A DNA stretch of 64,000 nt from Candidatus Shapirobacteria bacterium (GTDB taxonomy: Bacteria > Patescibacteriota > Microgenomatia > UBA12405), in contig JAQWEN010000001.1 in the NCBI GenBank assembly GCA_028704885.1, positions 2,838-66,837 on the forward strand, read 5' to 3'. Under the pieces are notes generated by a model, which was not told where the DNA came from, did not search any database, and worked only from the letters and a program-made list of their open reading frames with translations. A program made the position numbers and the translations under genes. Below, piece by piece: positions 1 through 9,653 of this stretch. Every line of letters begins with the position of its first letter. Within the stretch, counting starts at the first letter, position 1.

Positions 1-64
1 GCTAATTTATCACAGGCTAAAAAATATTAATATTACTTATTTCTTAAAGAGAAATAAAAAAATA

Positions 65-1180
65 TTAGATAATTTTTTGTCTTAATTTCAAAACTAGATT
101 ACTATAAGTCTGGCCATCAAGAACTCCACTTTTAATGATTTCGCCAACACCAAGACTGGCAATATCATCCATACTTATAGTTTTAGAACTAATGATTTTT
201 TCATAAAGAATTTTTAATTCCCGGTCGGTTATTAGAGCGGTAATTAAAATTGGATCATAATTTTTTATGGCCGAAACTTCTTTGATGACTGATCTGATTA
301 TTTCTTTTAATAAATCTGAATCTAATTTTTCATAATGAATATACATATAGTTTTTGAGTTCTCTAAAATTTTTAGCGACTTGGGAATCTTTAAAAGAGAC
401 ATAGCCCTTTTCGGCACTTTCTTTAACAAGAGCATTAATACAGAGACTGACTTTTGATTGTTGATCACTATAAATATTGGGATCGCAAGGAAAAATGGAA
501 TCGATTTTTTTTAAATCGGCTGAAGATAATTTATTAATACGGTGAAGATCGTTAATATCAGAAAAAACATAAGCAATTTTATCGCTATACATGGCTAAAT
601 TATATTCATCAACGGTACTGCCAGTAGACAATTCTCCACCACCGCGGGAATGATTGAGAATACCTTCAATGGTTTGTTTGGTTAGACTTAAACCGTGACC
701 GTTTCTTTCGATAAAAACAGCAATAATGGCACTAAAAATTTCATGTCGAAATTCACAACCAAATTCACGGGAAACAGTTTCAAACATATGACCGGCCGGA
801 GCATGACCAATGTCGTGACCATCACAAATGGCTTTAACTAAATTAGTATTTAAGCCCAAAATATCACTGGCAATCATGGCTGGATTACCGACTTCCATGG
901 TGTGGGTAGAACGAACTCGAATATGAGGATTGTCGGGATAAAAAATGACTTGAGTCTTAGAACCAAGTCGACGATAGGCTCTACTATCGGCAATTTTTAC
1001 TTGATCAAGAATAAAAGGATCAACAACACCTTCAAAATAAGAAAGATATTGGTCGGATATTTCTTTATCGCCGGAAATTCTAATTATTGGAGAATTTTTT
1101 AAATCAAATCTTTTATGACTTAAGGCACCTTTATATTCCAGAAGTTGAGAAAAAGCCGGATAAGAAGTTTTTTTTAGCAT
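65..1180 (-). CDS. dgt: HD-domain dNTP triphosphohydrolase (dGTPase-like)
   Basis: 371 aa; HD motif HDIGHAPAGH and the VRSTHTMEV region are typical of the dGTP triphosphohydrolase family. Confidence 0.7.
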   Translation of the reverse strand: MLKKTSYPAFSQLLEYKGALSHKRFDLKNSPIIRISGDKEISDQYLSYFEGVVDPFILDQVKIADSRAYRRLGSKTQVIFYPDNPHIRVRSTHTMEVGNPAMIASDILGLNTNLVKAICDGHDIGHAPAGHMFETVSREFGCEFRHEIFSAIIAVFIERNGHGLSLTKQTIEGILNHSRGGGELSTGSTVDEYNLAMYSDKIAYVFSDINDLHRINKLSSADLKKIDSIFPCDPNIYSDQQSKVSLCINALVKESAEKGYVSFKDSQVAKNFRELKNYMYIHYEKLDSDLLKEIIRSVIKEVSAIKNYDPILITALITDRELKILYEKIISSKTISMDDIASLGVGEIIKSGVLDGQTYSNLVLKLRQKII

Positions 1181-1184
1181 TTGT

Positions 1185-1255
1185 CCAGCGAGCAGGAGTT
1201 GAACCTGCCTACGACAGTTTTACAGACTGTTGCCTAACCGCCCGGCTCTCGCTGG
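1185..1255 (-). tRNA. tRNA-Tyr (anticodon GUA), type I short variable arm, C1:G72, A73
   Basis: Manual fold: acceptor CCAGCGA/TCGCTGG, D loop with GG, anticodon stem ACAGT/ACTGT with loop CTGTAAA (U33-GUA-A37), 5-nt variable region, T arm GCAGG-TTCAACT-CCTGC; no encoded CCA. Confidence 0.7.
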
Positions 1256-1316
1256 TTTTGATGTGTTTGATTATAACAAAATTTGGTTTGTTTTGTTTTT
1301 TGGATATAATAAGGTT

Positions 1317-1730
1317 ATGAAACTTTGTAGTGCATGTTTATTAGGAATAAATTGCCTATATAATGGTGAAATAAAGTCTGATCAAAAAGTGCTTGAATTA
1401 GCAAAAAAAGAAATATTAATCCCCATTTGCCCAGAACAATTAGGTGGATTAACAACTCCAAGAGATGCAGCTGAAAATAAAGACAATAAAGTTTTTACAA
1501 AAAATGGAAAAGATGTAACAGAACAATTTACAAAAGGGGCTCAAGAGGTTTTAAAGATTGTTCAATTATTTGGAATTGAAGAGGCAATTTTAAAACAAAG
1601 AAGTCCATCGTGTGGTTATGGAAAAATTTATAGTGGTAATTTTGACGGGAAAATAATTGATGGTGATGGAATCACTGCAAAATTATTAAAAGAAAATGGA
1701 ATTAAAATAATTACTGAAGAAGATTTGTAG
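1317..1730 (+). CDS. DUF523 family protein
   Basis: N-terminal MKLCSACLLGINCLYNG matches the conserved SACLLGxxCRYDG signature of DUF523; start taken at ATG 1317 inside the longer ORF, which overlaps the tRNA. Confidence 0.55.
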   Translation: MKLCSACLLGINCLYNGEIKSDQKVLELAKKEILIPICPEQLGGLTTPRDAAENKDNKVFTKNGKDVTEQFTKGAQEVLKIVQLFGIEEAILKQRSPSCGYGKIYSGNFDGKIIDGDGITAKLLKENGIKIITEEDL

Positions 1731-1733
1731 ACC

Positions 1734-2537
1734 TTACTCAATTCCCCAAAGGATGGAAAGATTGGCGGTGATGTCCATTTGACCACTTGAAATTGAACTA
1801 ATATCAGAAGCTTCATTTCGAGCAGTAGAAGCTGTCTTGAAATTAGCAATATTGGTGGAATAAGAGACAGGAGTAACATCATAGGTACTATCAGAAATGG
1901 AAACTGGTTTGGCTAGTTTTACTTTTGATAATTTGGCCAATTCTTGGGCTTTTTGTTGGGCTTTATTGAAGGCTAATTCTCGAGCTTTGGAAAATAATTC
2001 AGTTTTGTCTTCAATATCAAAATAAATTCCATTCATTTGGAGATTGTCTATAGTTGAAAGTTCATCAATAATGTTGACGGCCCTGGTGGCTTTATCATCG
2101 ATTTTTTTAATTTTGACTTCAAGAGTTTCTGATGCTTGTTGTCCGATAATTCGACGTGAAGCAGTGGAATAATCATATTCAGTGTAAACATTTAAATTAG
2201 AAGTAGTGATATCTGAATCAGAAATACCATTGTCTTTAAGAATTTTTAAAGCGGAATCAATTTTAGAATTAACTTTAGCAAGAGCTTCTTTACTAGTAGA
2301 AGCTTTTTCTTGAAAACCAATGTTTAATTGAACCATGTCGGGTTTAGCAGAAACTTTACCATCACCAGAAACAGAGATAGTGTTAGAAATTTTTCCACCG
2401 GATTCAGCCCCACCAGTGTTTTTAATATAAATGCCAGTACGGGAAATAAAAATGGCAGATAAAATAACAGTTAAAGAGATAATAATAACTGGAATAAGCT
2501 TTTCTTTATTGAGATTGATCATAATTAAGTTTAACAA
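1734..2537 (-). CDS. SIMPL/DUF541 family secreted protein (26 kDa periplasmic immunogenic protein-like)
   Basis: N-terminal TM/signal followed by overall SIMPL-domain-like sequence, ~240 aa mature. Confidence 0.6.
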   Translation of the reverse strand: MLNLIMINLNKEKLIPVIIISLTVILSAIFISRTGIYIKNTGGAESGGKISNTISVSGDGKVSAKPDMVQLNIGFQEKASTSKEALAKVNSKIDSALKILKDNGISDSDITTSNLNVYTEYDYSTASRRIIGQQASETLEVKIKKIDDKATRAVNIIDELSTIDNLQMNGIYFDIEDKTELFSKARELAFNKAQQKAQELAKLSKVKLAKPVSISDSTYDVTPVSYSTNIANFKTASTARNEASDISSISSGQMDITANLSILWGIE

Positions 2538-2556
2538 AGAGTTGGTAAAATTGATT

Positions 2557-3333
2557 ATGAAAGTAAAAATAATTTCTTGGAATGTAGCAGGAATGAGGGC
2601 GGCGGTAAGAAAAGGTTTGTGGCATAAAATGAAGGAAATTGATGCAGATATATATTGTTTTCAAGAAGTTAAAGCTAGACCAGAACAAGTGGAACTAGGA
2701 TTTGATTATCCAACTGGTTATCAAAGTTATTGGAATCCGGCCGAAAAGGCGGGTTATTCCGGGGTGGCAACATTTACTAAAAATGAACCAAAATCAGTGA
2801 TTGTTGGTGATCGAACTAATGATTGGGGCGATGAAGGACGAGTAATTATTACTAAATTTGATGAATTCACGTTATTAAATGTCTATTTTCCAAACGGAAA
2901 AAGAGATAAAGGTCGATTGGATTATAAAATGAAATTTTATGATTATTTTTTGAAATATATAAATGAATTAAGAGATAGAGGTGAAAAAATAATATTTTGC
3001 GGTGATGTAAATACGGCTCATCAAGAAATAGATTTGGCCAGACCTAAGGATAATGAATTAGTTTCGGGATTTTTGGAAATTGAAAGAAAATGGATTGATA
3101 AGGTAATTAAAAATGGATATGTGGATACTTTTAGAATGTTTAACCCCGCAGTGGCGGGACAGTATTCCTGGTGGAGTGAAAGATCGGGGGCAAGAAAAAG
3201 AAATGTGGGGTGGAGAATTGATTATTTTTTTGTGGATGAATCGTTAAAAGATAAGGTCAAATCGGCATTTATTCTGCCTAATGTGGAAGGATCAGATCAC
3301 TGCCCAGTGGGTATCGAGATAGATCTCAGTTGA
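2557..3333 (+). CDS. xth: exodeoxyribonuclease III (AP endonuclease)
   Basis: KIISWNVAGMRA, FQEVK, the IIFCGDVN...H motif and C-terminal SDHCPV are typical of ExoIII/Ape1; start at ATG 2557 (MKVKIISWN). Confidence 0.85.
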   Translation: MKVKIISWNVAGMRAAVRKGLWHKMKEIDADIYCFQEVKARPEQVELGFDYPTGYQSYWNPAEKAGYSGVATFTKNEPKSVIVGDRTNDWGDEGRVIITKFDEFTLLNVYFPNGKRDKGRLDYKMKFYDYFLKYINELRDRGEKIIFCGDVNTAHQEIDLARPKDNELVSGFLEIERKWIDKVIKNGYVDTFRMFNPAVAGQYSWWSERSGARKRNVGWRIDYFFVDESLKDKVKSAFILPNVEGSDHCPVGIEIDLS

Positions 3334-3349
3334 TCAGATTTTCAGACTG

Positions 3350-4042
3350 TCAGAATAAAAAGCATTTTGTCCCCTCTTTTTTGAGCCAGAGGTTGTGAAA
3401 TTTGCATTTAGAATCGTAGATGGTTAATTGACCCCAAAATTTAGATGAATGATTTTTAATGTCAAGATGGGTTAACTCGTGAAGTAAAATGTGTTGAAAT
3501 TGAGGATAGGGAAAGAAAATTATTTGCCAATTAAAGCTTAAATTGCCATGACCCGAGCAAGAACCATATCTTGAGCTTTGATTGCGAACGGTGACTTTGC
3601 CGTATTTAAAATTAAAATTTTTAGATAAATTAGCTAATTCTTTTTTAATTAATTTAAGGGCAAAAGGCCTTAATTTTGCTTCTAAAACCTTTTTGGCATG
3701 GGATTCACTAAATAAACTTATATTTGAATATATTTTTTGTTCAACTTCTTCAATAATTACCGAATCTCTTTGAGTTTTTATCCATTGAATTTCATAAGAA
3801 TTATCTAAGATTTTGATGGTTTTTAGACCTAGAATCGATTTTTTATGACTAATTTTTGACGAATGATTAATAATCCAATCAGAATTATTTTTAATAAATT
3901 TTTGAATCAAAAATTCAGGAGTTAAATGAGGGCAAGAAATTTGAAAAGATTTTTTAGAGATTAATCTGAGTCGAATAGACCTAATCCCCTTACGATTGAT
4001 CTGATACTCAAAAGGCTGATTTTGAAGCAAAATGGTGGCCAT
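3350..4042 (-). CDS. YgjP-like metal-dependent hydrolase (DUF45/M48-like, HExxH)
   Basis: C-terminal HILLHELTHLDIKNHSSKFW zinc-binding HExxH motif; ~230 aa size typical of the DUF45 family. Confidence 0.6.
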   Translation of the reverse strand: MATILLQNQPFEYQINRKGIRSIRLRLISKKSFQISCPHLTPEFLIQKFIKNNSDWIINHSSKISHKKSILGLKTIKILDNSYEIQWIKTQRDSVIIEEVEQKIYSNISLFSESHAKKVLEAKLRPFALKLIKKELANLSKNFNFKYGKVTVRNQSSRYGSCSGHGNLSFNWQIIFFPYPQFQHILLHELTHLDIKNHSSKFWGQLTIYDSKCKFHNLWLKKEGTKCFLF

Positions 4043-4058
4043 AATGATATATTAAACT

Positions 4059-4514
4059 ATGAGTCTTATTTATGTTGGTGCTGATCATAGAGGTTTTAAT
4101 TTAAAAAAAAAGATAGTGGAATATTTGAGAGGAATGGATTATGAAATAAAAGATTTGGGAGCAAATATTTATGATAAAGATGATGATTATAATGAAATTT
4201 CGGTAGAATTGGCAGAAAAAGTAGTCAGAGAAAATACAAAAGGAATATTACTTTGTGGATCGGGAGTGGGAGTCTGTCTGGCGGCTAATAAAGTTTTAGG
4301 GACAAGAGCAGCACTTTGTACAAGTCAAAAACAAGCCAGATTAGCCAGAGAAGATAGTGATGCTAACATTTTATGTTTAGCGACTGATTTGGTCAGCGAA
4401 GAAGATAATTTAGAAGTAGCAAAAACTTTTTTAGAAACAGTATTTTCTAGTGAAGAAAGATTTATTAGAAGAATTAATAAAATTAAAGAATATGAAAAAG
4501 CTAAACTCGGTTAA
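4059..4514 (+). CDS. rpiB: ribose-5-phosphate isomerase B
   Basis: LIYVGADHRGFNLKK and LLCGSGVGVCLAANK motifs of the RpiB/LacAB family. Confidence 0.8.
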   Translation: MSLIYVGADHRGFNLKKKIVEYLRGMDYEIKDLGANIYDKDDDYNEISVELAEKVVRENTKGILLCGSGVGVCLAANKVLGTRAALCTSQKQARLAREDSDANILCLATDLVSEEDNLEVAKTFLETVFSSEERFIRRINKIKEYEKAKLG

Positions 4515-5505
4515 AAATATTGAGGAAAATAAAACGGTAATTTTGAGAATGGATTTGGATTTGCCAATTAATAACGGTGAAATTTTAGATAACAGCCGAT
4601 TATTAAAATCGATTCCAACTATTAAATTACTATTGGCAAAGAAAAATAAAATAGTAATAGTGGGACATAGGGGTCGTCCAGTTGGAATTGATAAAAATCT
4701 ATCATTAAAAGCAGTTTATTTAGAATTAATAGAAATTTTAGAAAGAGAATGTGGCGGAGATTGTGTAAAAAATGTTTTTGTGGATGATATTAAAGATGAG
4801 AATAAATTAAAGAAGACAATTGAGGAAAATGAAATAATTTTTGGAGAAAATTTGAGGTTTTATCCGGAAGAAGAAAATGGTGATACTGCCCTATTTTCGG
4901 AATTAAAAAAATATTGTTCAGTATTTGTAAACGATGCTTTTGCAGTGGCTCACCGAGAAGCAGCTTCAATAATACTGCATCGAGAAATGGAAACTTTTTA
5001 TGGATTAAGTTTTGTAGAAGAAGCGGAAAAAATAGGTAATATTTTAGGAAAGGAAAATTTAGTAATAATTTTGGGAGGAGCTAAAGAAGATAAATTAAAA
5101 AATATTAATGAACTAAGTAAAATAGCTGATTGGATTTTAGTAGGAGGTAAGTTGCCAAAAATTATTAAAGAAAAAAATGAAAAAATGATTGTGGCAAATT
5201 TAAGAGAAGATGGATTGGATTTGAGTGATGAGGATATTGGAAAATTTAAAGAAAAAATTGAAATAGCCAAAACGATCGTTTGGGCGGGGGCGATGGGATT
5301 TTATGAAAAAGAAAATTGTCGTAAAGGAACTGAAGAAATTGCCAAAGCAGTGGCAGAATCTAGTGCTTATAAAATAATTGCCGGCGGCGATACAGCGGCT
5401 TCAATTTCTAAATTAGGACTAAAAAATAAAATTGATTTTGTTTGCAGCGGCGGCGGAGTAATGTTGGAATTTTTAACTAAAGGTAGCCTTCCGGCTTGGA
5501 GCTAG
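4492..5505 (+). CDS. pgk: phosphoglycerate kinase
   Basis: VNDAFAVAHR, GGAK, AGGDT and the C-terminal GGGV motifs; start assigned to ATG 4492, overlapping the rpiB stop. Confidence 0.85.
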   Translation: MKKLNSVKNIEENKTVILRMDLDLPINNGEILDNSRLLKSIPTIKLLLAKKNKIVIVGHRGRPVGIDKNLSLKAVYLELIEILERECGGDCVKNVFVDDIKDENKLKKTIEENEIIFGENLRFYPEEENGDTALFSELKKYCSVFVNDAFAVAHREAASIILHREMETFYGLSFVEEAEKIGNILGKENLVIILGGAKEDKLKNINELSKIADWILVGGKLPKIIKEKNEKMIVANLREDGLDLSDEDIGKFKEKIEIAKTIVWAGAMGFYEKENCRKGTEEIAKAVAESSAYKIIAGGDTAASISKLGLKNKIDFVCSGGGVMLEFLTKGSLPAWS

Positions 5506-5544
5506 ATCGTAGATGTTAGATCGTAGATATTATAAAATTAACAT

Positions 5545-6585
5545 ATGAAAAAAGATAAAAAAATAAGAATTGGGATAAATGGTTTTGGAAGAATTGGAAG
5601 TGTAGTATTAAGAGCAATATTAACGGAAAGATATGATGTAGAAGTGGCAGCAATTAATACCGATGGCCGATTTGATGTAGAAACTTTTGCTTTGCAATTT
5701 AAATATGATTCAGTTTATGGCCGAGCGCCTTGGAAAGTTGAATTTTCCGGCCCACAAAAAGCGATGGAAATTGGCCGACTAGAAGTGGGTGATCAATCAA
5801 TCCCCGTCTTTGGACAAATGGATCCAACTAAAATTCCTTGGAAAAATTATGATGTAGATGTGGTGTTGGAGTGTACCGGAGCTTTTACTGATAGCAAAGC
5901 TTTGGGTCACATAAAAGCAGGCGCTAAAAAAGTAGTAATTAGTGCTCCAGCTAAAGATCCAAAAATTCCGGTTTATATTTTGGGAGTAAATGGTGATAAA
6001 TATAAGGGAGAAAAATTAATTTCCAACGGGTCTTGTACAACTAATTGTGTAGCTCCAATTGTGAAATTAATTGATGAAAAAATTGGTTTTCAAGAAGGGA
6101 CATTAACAACAATTCATGCCTATACTACCAATCAAAATTTAGTTGATGGAAATTGTAAAGATCCACGACGCGGCCGGGCAGCAGCAATTAATATTGTACC
6201 GACAACAACTGGAGCGGCAGAGGCGGTGATAGCTGCCTATCCTGAAGCCAAAGGAAGGTTTGCTGGGACAGCAATTAGAGTACCAGTAATTTGCGGCAGT
6301 TATTCTGATTTAACTTTTAAAATGGTTCGCAAAACAACAGTGGAAGAAATTAATTCTATTTTTGAAGATGCTAGTTTAGAGCCAGAATTAGTGGGAAAAC
6401 TTAAAGTATCCTACGAGCCATTAGTTTCTTCTGACATTATTGGAAATAATGGTTCATGTATTATTGATGCCCGAATGACCAAGGTTATTTCTGATGATAT
6501 GATTTCGATTGGAGCTTGGTATGATAACGAGTATGGATATAGTTGCAGATTAATTGAAAATGCAATTGCAATATCAAATAAATAA
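5545..6585 (+). CDS. gap: glyceraldehyde-3-phosphate dehydrogenase, type I
   Basis: INGFGRIGS NAD-binding motif and active site SNGSCTTNCVAP. Confidence 0.9.
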   Translation: MKKDKKIRIGINGFGRIGSVVLRAILTERYDVEVAAINTDGRFDVETFALQFKYDSVYGRAPWKVEFSGPQKAMEIGRLEVGDQSIPVFGQMDPTKIPWKNYDVDVVLECTGAFTDSKALGHIKAGAKKVVISAPAKDPKIPVYILGVNGDKYKGEKLISNGSCTTNCVAPIVKLIDEKIGFQEGTLTTIHAYTTNQNLVDGNCKDPRRGRAAAINIVPTTTGAAEAVIAAYPEAKGRFAGTAIRVPVICGSYSDLTFKMVRKTTVEEINSIFEDASLEPELVGKLKVSYEPLVSSDIIGNNGSCIIDARMTKVISDDMISIGAWYDNEYGYSCRLIENAIAISNK

Positions 6586-7227
6586 ATGATAGTAATACCA
6601 ACAATTTTAGAAAAAGATTTCGCTTTAGCGGAAATAAAAATAAAACTAATTAAAGATAAATCCCGATGGATGCAAATTGATGTAATTGATGGATTTTTTT
6701 CGGATGGGAAAAGTTTTGAATTGGAATTATTAAATAAAGTCGGAAAGGAAATCCAAGGTAATTTACTGGATATACATTTAATGGTTAAAGAACCAATAAA
6801 ATGGATAGAAAAATGTAATTTTGTGGGAGCAAGTAGAATTATTGGCCAAGTGGAAATGATGAATAATAGGGACGAATTTGTGGAAAAAATTAAAGAAGCA
6901 GGATTGGAGGCCGGATTAGCATTTGATATTGAAACAGAAATTGGAGAAATTCCAAAAGAAACCGATTTAATATTATTAATGGGCAGAAAATCTGGTTTCA
7001 TGATGGCTGAGTTTGATGAAAAAATTTACGAAAAAATTAAAAAATTAGTAAAACTTAGAGAAAATAAAAAAATGGATTTCGAAATTGGAATTGATGGTGG
7101 AATTGATGAAGAAATAATTAAAAAATTAAAGATTGAAGAAGTCGATGTCGCCTATTGCGGTGGGGCAATTTTTAGTGGTAATGTTAATGATAATTGGGAA
7201 AAATTAAATTATGTTAGCAATAACTAA
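6586..7227 (+). CDS. rpe: ribulose-phosphate 3-epimerase-like
   Basis: VIPTILEKDFALAE...QIDVIDGFF resembles the RPE barrel N-terminus (IAPSILSADF...DVMDGHF); divergent, so other sugar-phosphate 3-epimerases are possible. Confidence 0.55.
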   Translation: MIVIPTILEKDFALAEIKIKLIKDKSRWMQIDVIDGFFSDGKSFELELLNKVGKEIQGNLLDIHLMVKEPIKWIEKCNFVGASRIIGQVEMMNNRDEFVEKIKEAGLEAGLAFDIETEIGEIPKETDLILLMGRKSGFMMAEFDEKIYEKIKKLVKLRENKKMDFEIGIDGGIDEEIIKKLKIEEVDVAYCGGAIFSGNVNDNWEKLNYVSNN

Positions 7228-7849
7228 AAAGAAAATAAAAAGAGTAGCTTTTTTTGGCGATGCTGATGCTAAACCAACAGATCAACATTATATTGATGCA
7301 TTTAATACAGCCAAACTATTGGCAGAAAATGGATATATTATAGTCAATGGTGGGGGCCCTGGAGTAATGCTGGCAGCAACGATGGGAGCAAAAGAGGGAA
7401 AAGGCAAAGTAGAACTAGTAATAATTGACGAAAAAGTTGATATGGGGCCAAATTATGAAGGCAGTGGAAAAGAAAATAAAAGTAAGGCTGATAAAATTTA
7501 TCGAGTTAAAACTATTCAAAGCCGAACTGAGAAATTAACTGAAATAGCTGATGCTTATGTAATTTTTAAAGGAGGTACGGGAACAATGGCAGAATTGGCC
7601 TTAGTATGGGAAAAGGCTAAATTTGAATATGGGAAACATGAACCATTATTATTTTTTGGTGATTGCTGGAGAGATACAATTGAAACTATGGTAAGAGATT
7701 TGAATTTTGATAAAACCGAGAGAAAAGTCTATGATTTTGCCGATAATTCAGAAGAAGTTTTAAAAATAATCCAAAACAAAAAAAGTTTAAAAAAAACAGA
7801 CAATGGTGGATTATTTGGTCGATTTAAGAAAATGATTGATAACTTTTGA
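7211..7849 (+). CDS. LOG-family (TIGR00730) Rossmann-fold nucleotide-binding protein
   Basis: VNGGGPGVMLAATMGA and GGTGTMAEL motifs of LOG / lysine-decarboxylase-like proteins. Confidence 0.7.
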   Translation: MLAITKKKIKRVAFFGDADAKPTDQHYIDAFNTAKLLAENGYIIVNGGGPGVMLAATMGAKEGKGKVELVIIDEKVDMGPNYEGSGKENKSKADKIYRVKTIQSRTEKLTEIADAYVIFKGGTGTMAELALVWEKAKFEYGKHEPLLFFGDCWRDTIETMVRDLNFDKTERKVYDFADNSEEVLKIIQNKKSLKKTDNGGLFGRFKKMIDNF

Positions 7850-8809
7850 TTAATTTAAGAATTGAGGCTGAGAATTTTGTTTAATTAGATATGGCTTTTT
7901 GATACTTTCGAGAATATTTTCTTTGTCAACTTTTAAAATGTAAAGTTCTGATGAAGATGTTTCTTTTGACCAACTTTGATCAAAGACAAAATTACCTAAA
8001 GAATAATAAATTGGTTTATTTTTATAAATTTCGATTGATTGGAGTACATGAGGATGGTGACCATGAATAATGTCAGCGCCGGAATCGATAAGTTGATGAG
8101 CTAAATTAATACGCCAAGATTCAGGATTTTTTAAATATTCATTTCCCCAATGAAGAGAAACGATAAGCCAATCAACTTCTTGATTGTATTTTTTAACAGC
8201 ATTGATAATTTTATTTGAATCTAAATTTGGATTAGTAATAAAATCGTAACCTAAAAAACCAAAACTAATGCCATTAATTTCCTTTTTGACAAATTCGGTA
8301 TCAGAATCGTGTGAATAAAAATAAGTTATCTGATTTTTATTTAAATAATCTTTTGTTTGATTAAAACCGTCTTGACCATAATTAAAAATATGATTATTAG
8401 CCAAATTAAAAATAAATTTATTTTCTTTTAAATAGGGTAAAAAATTAGTATCGCCACAAAAAGTAAAAGTTCCAGTTTTACCTTCGGGGCAATTATTAAT
8501 AATTGGGCTTTCTAAATTGGCTAAATTAAAATCATTGGATTTTAAAACTGAGGTAACGTTTTGAAAAACCCAAGAAAAATCTTTTTTATTGCGAGAAATG
8601 GTGGTTATATAACGCCCGAGTCCTAAATCCCCAATTAAAGCAAAAGTAACTGTTTTTTTAACTTCCTGACTGGGAAAAATAATAAAACCAGTTTTACTTT
8701 TTATGGTATTTTCTAATTTTGGACTTATTATCGGTTTATCTACATTAAAAAAAACTAAAAAAGAAATAGCCAAAAAGATGATAAAAATTAAAATTTTTTT
8801 AAATATCAC
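7850..8809 (-). CDS. CapA/PgsA-family metallophosphoesterase, membrane-anchored
   Basis: N-terminal TM; GDLGLGR, GDTNF, ANNH and HGHHPH motifs of the PGA_cap / calcineurin-like family. Confidence 0.7.
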   Translation of the reverse strand: MIFKKILIFIIFLAISFLVFFNVDKPIISPKLENTIKSKTGFIIFPSQEVKKTVTFALIGDLGLGRYITTISRNKKDFSWVFQNVTSVLKSNDFNLANLESPIINNCPEGKTGTFTFCGDTNFLPYLKENKFIFNLANNHIFNYGQDGFNQTKDYLNKNQITYFYSHDSDTEFVKKEINGISFGFLGYDFITNPNLDSNKIINAVKKYNQEVDWLIVSLHWGNEYLKNPESWRINLAHQLIDSGADIIHGHHPHVLQSIEIYKNKPIYYSLGNFVFDQSWSKETSSSELYILKVDKENILESIKKPYLIKQNSQPQFLN

Positions 8810-8852
8810 TACTTAATCTTAACAAAGTTATTTTTTGATAAACTAGAAGGTA

Positions 8853-9653
8853 ATGTTAAAGAAATTTTTAGTATTAATTTTAGCTTCGATTTTTTTAAGT
8901 AGCTGCAGTTTGAGCCCAAAAAAATCTGGTTTAGAAATAATGAGTTTTCCAATTGCTAAGGTTTATGTAAATAATAAAGAAATGGGATCAACTCCCTATA
9001 AAAACATGAATTTAAAACCAGGTGAAAATGAGGTGAAGCTAATCTCTGGAAACAAAGAATGGAAAAGAAAAATAGATTTGCAAAATAATATTAATACAGT
9101 AGTAGATTGGCAATTCGGAGATGATTCTAATGGAGATAGCGGGTATGTTTTATATTTAGAAAAAACAGGAGATAAAAAAGCATCGCTTTTAGTGAATACC
9201 AATCCAGATAAAGCAACTATAACGATTGATGGCGAAGTTAAGGGAATTTCACCAATTAAAGTGAGTGAAATTGGCGAAGGAGATAAACAATTGTCAGTTT
9301 CTTTTCCGGGCTATAAAGATATAAATATTTTTATGAAAGCAATTAATGGTTACCAGTTGGTAGTTAGCGCAAAATTGGCAACTGAAAAAAATAATATTGA
9401 TCAAATAATTAGTTCCTCTGAAAATGAGACTCCTGTTAACAGCTTGAATGTGGCAAAAAAAATAACTATAAAAGAAACAGAAACTGGATGGTTAAAGGTA
9501 AGAGAAGCTAGTTCTAGTTCAAGTAAAGAAGTGACTAGGATTAAACCTGGTGAACAATATGTTTTAATTGAAGAAGGAACTGATTGGGATAAAATCGATT
9601 TGGGAAATGGAAAAAATGGCTGGATATCGACTACTTATGCTTCGAAAAATTAA
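8853..9653 (+). CDS. lipoprotein with PEGA-like and C-terminal SH3b-like domains
   Basis: Lipobox LSSC after a signal peptide; PEGA-like KVYVNNKEMGSTPY; C-terminal GWLKVREA...GWISTTY resembles bacterial SH3. Confidence 0.45.
   Translation: MLKKFLVLILASIFLSSCSLSPKKSGLEIMSFPIAKVYVNNKEMGSTPYKNMNLKPGENEVKLISGNKEWKRKIDLQNNINTVVDWQFGDDSNGDSGYVLYLEKTGDKKASLLVNTNPDKATITIDGEVKGISPIKVSEIGEGDKQLSVSFPGYKDINIFMKAINGYQLVVSAKLATEKNNIDQIISSSENETPVNSLNVAKKITIKETETGWLKVREASSSSSKEVTRIKPGEQYVLIEEGTDWDKIDLGNGKNGWISTTYASKN

Noticed and set aside
1087-1320. 77-aa plus-strand ORF spanning the tRNA-Tyr
   Set aside because: It overlaps a well-folding tRNA and the real start of the DUF523 gene; it is an artefact of ORF calling through a tRNA.
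6411-7001. 196-aa minus-strand ORF antisense to gap/rpe
   Set aside because: Low-complexity Ser/Ile/Phe-rich translation typical of antisense reading of AT-rich coding DNA; the sense-strand genes have strong motifs.
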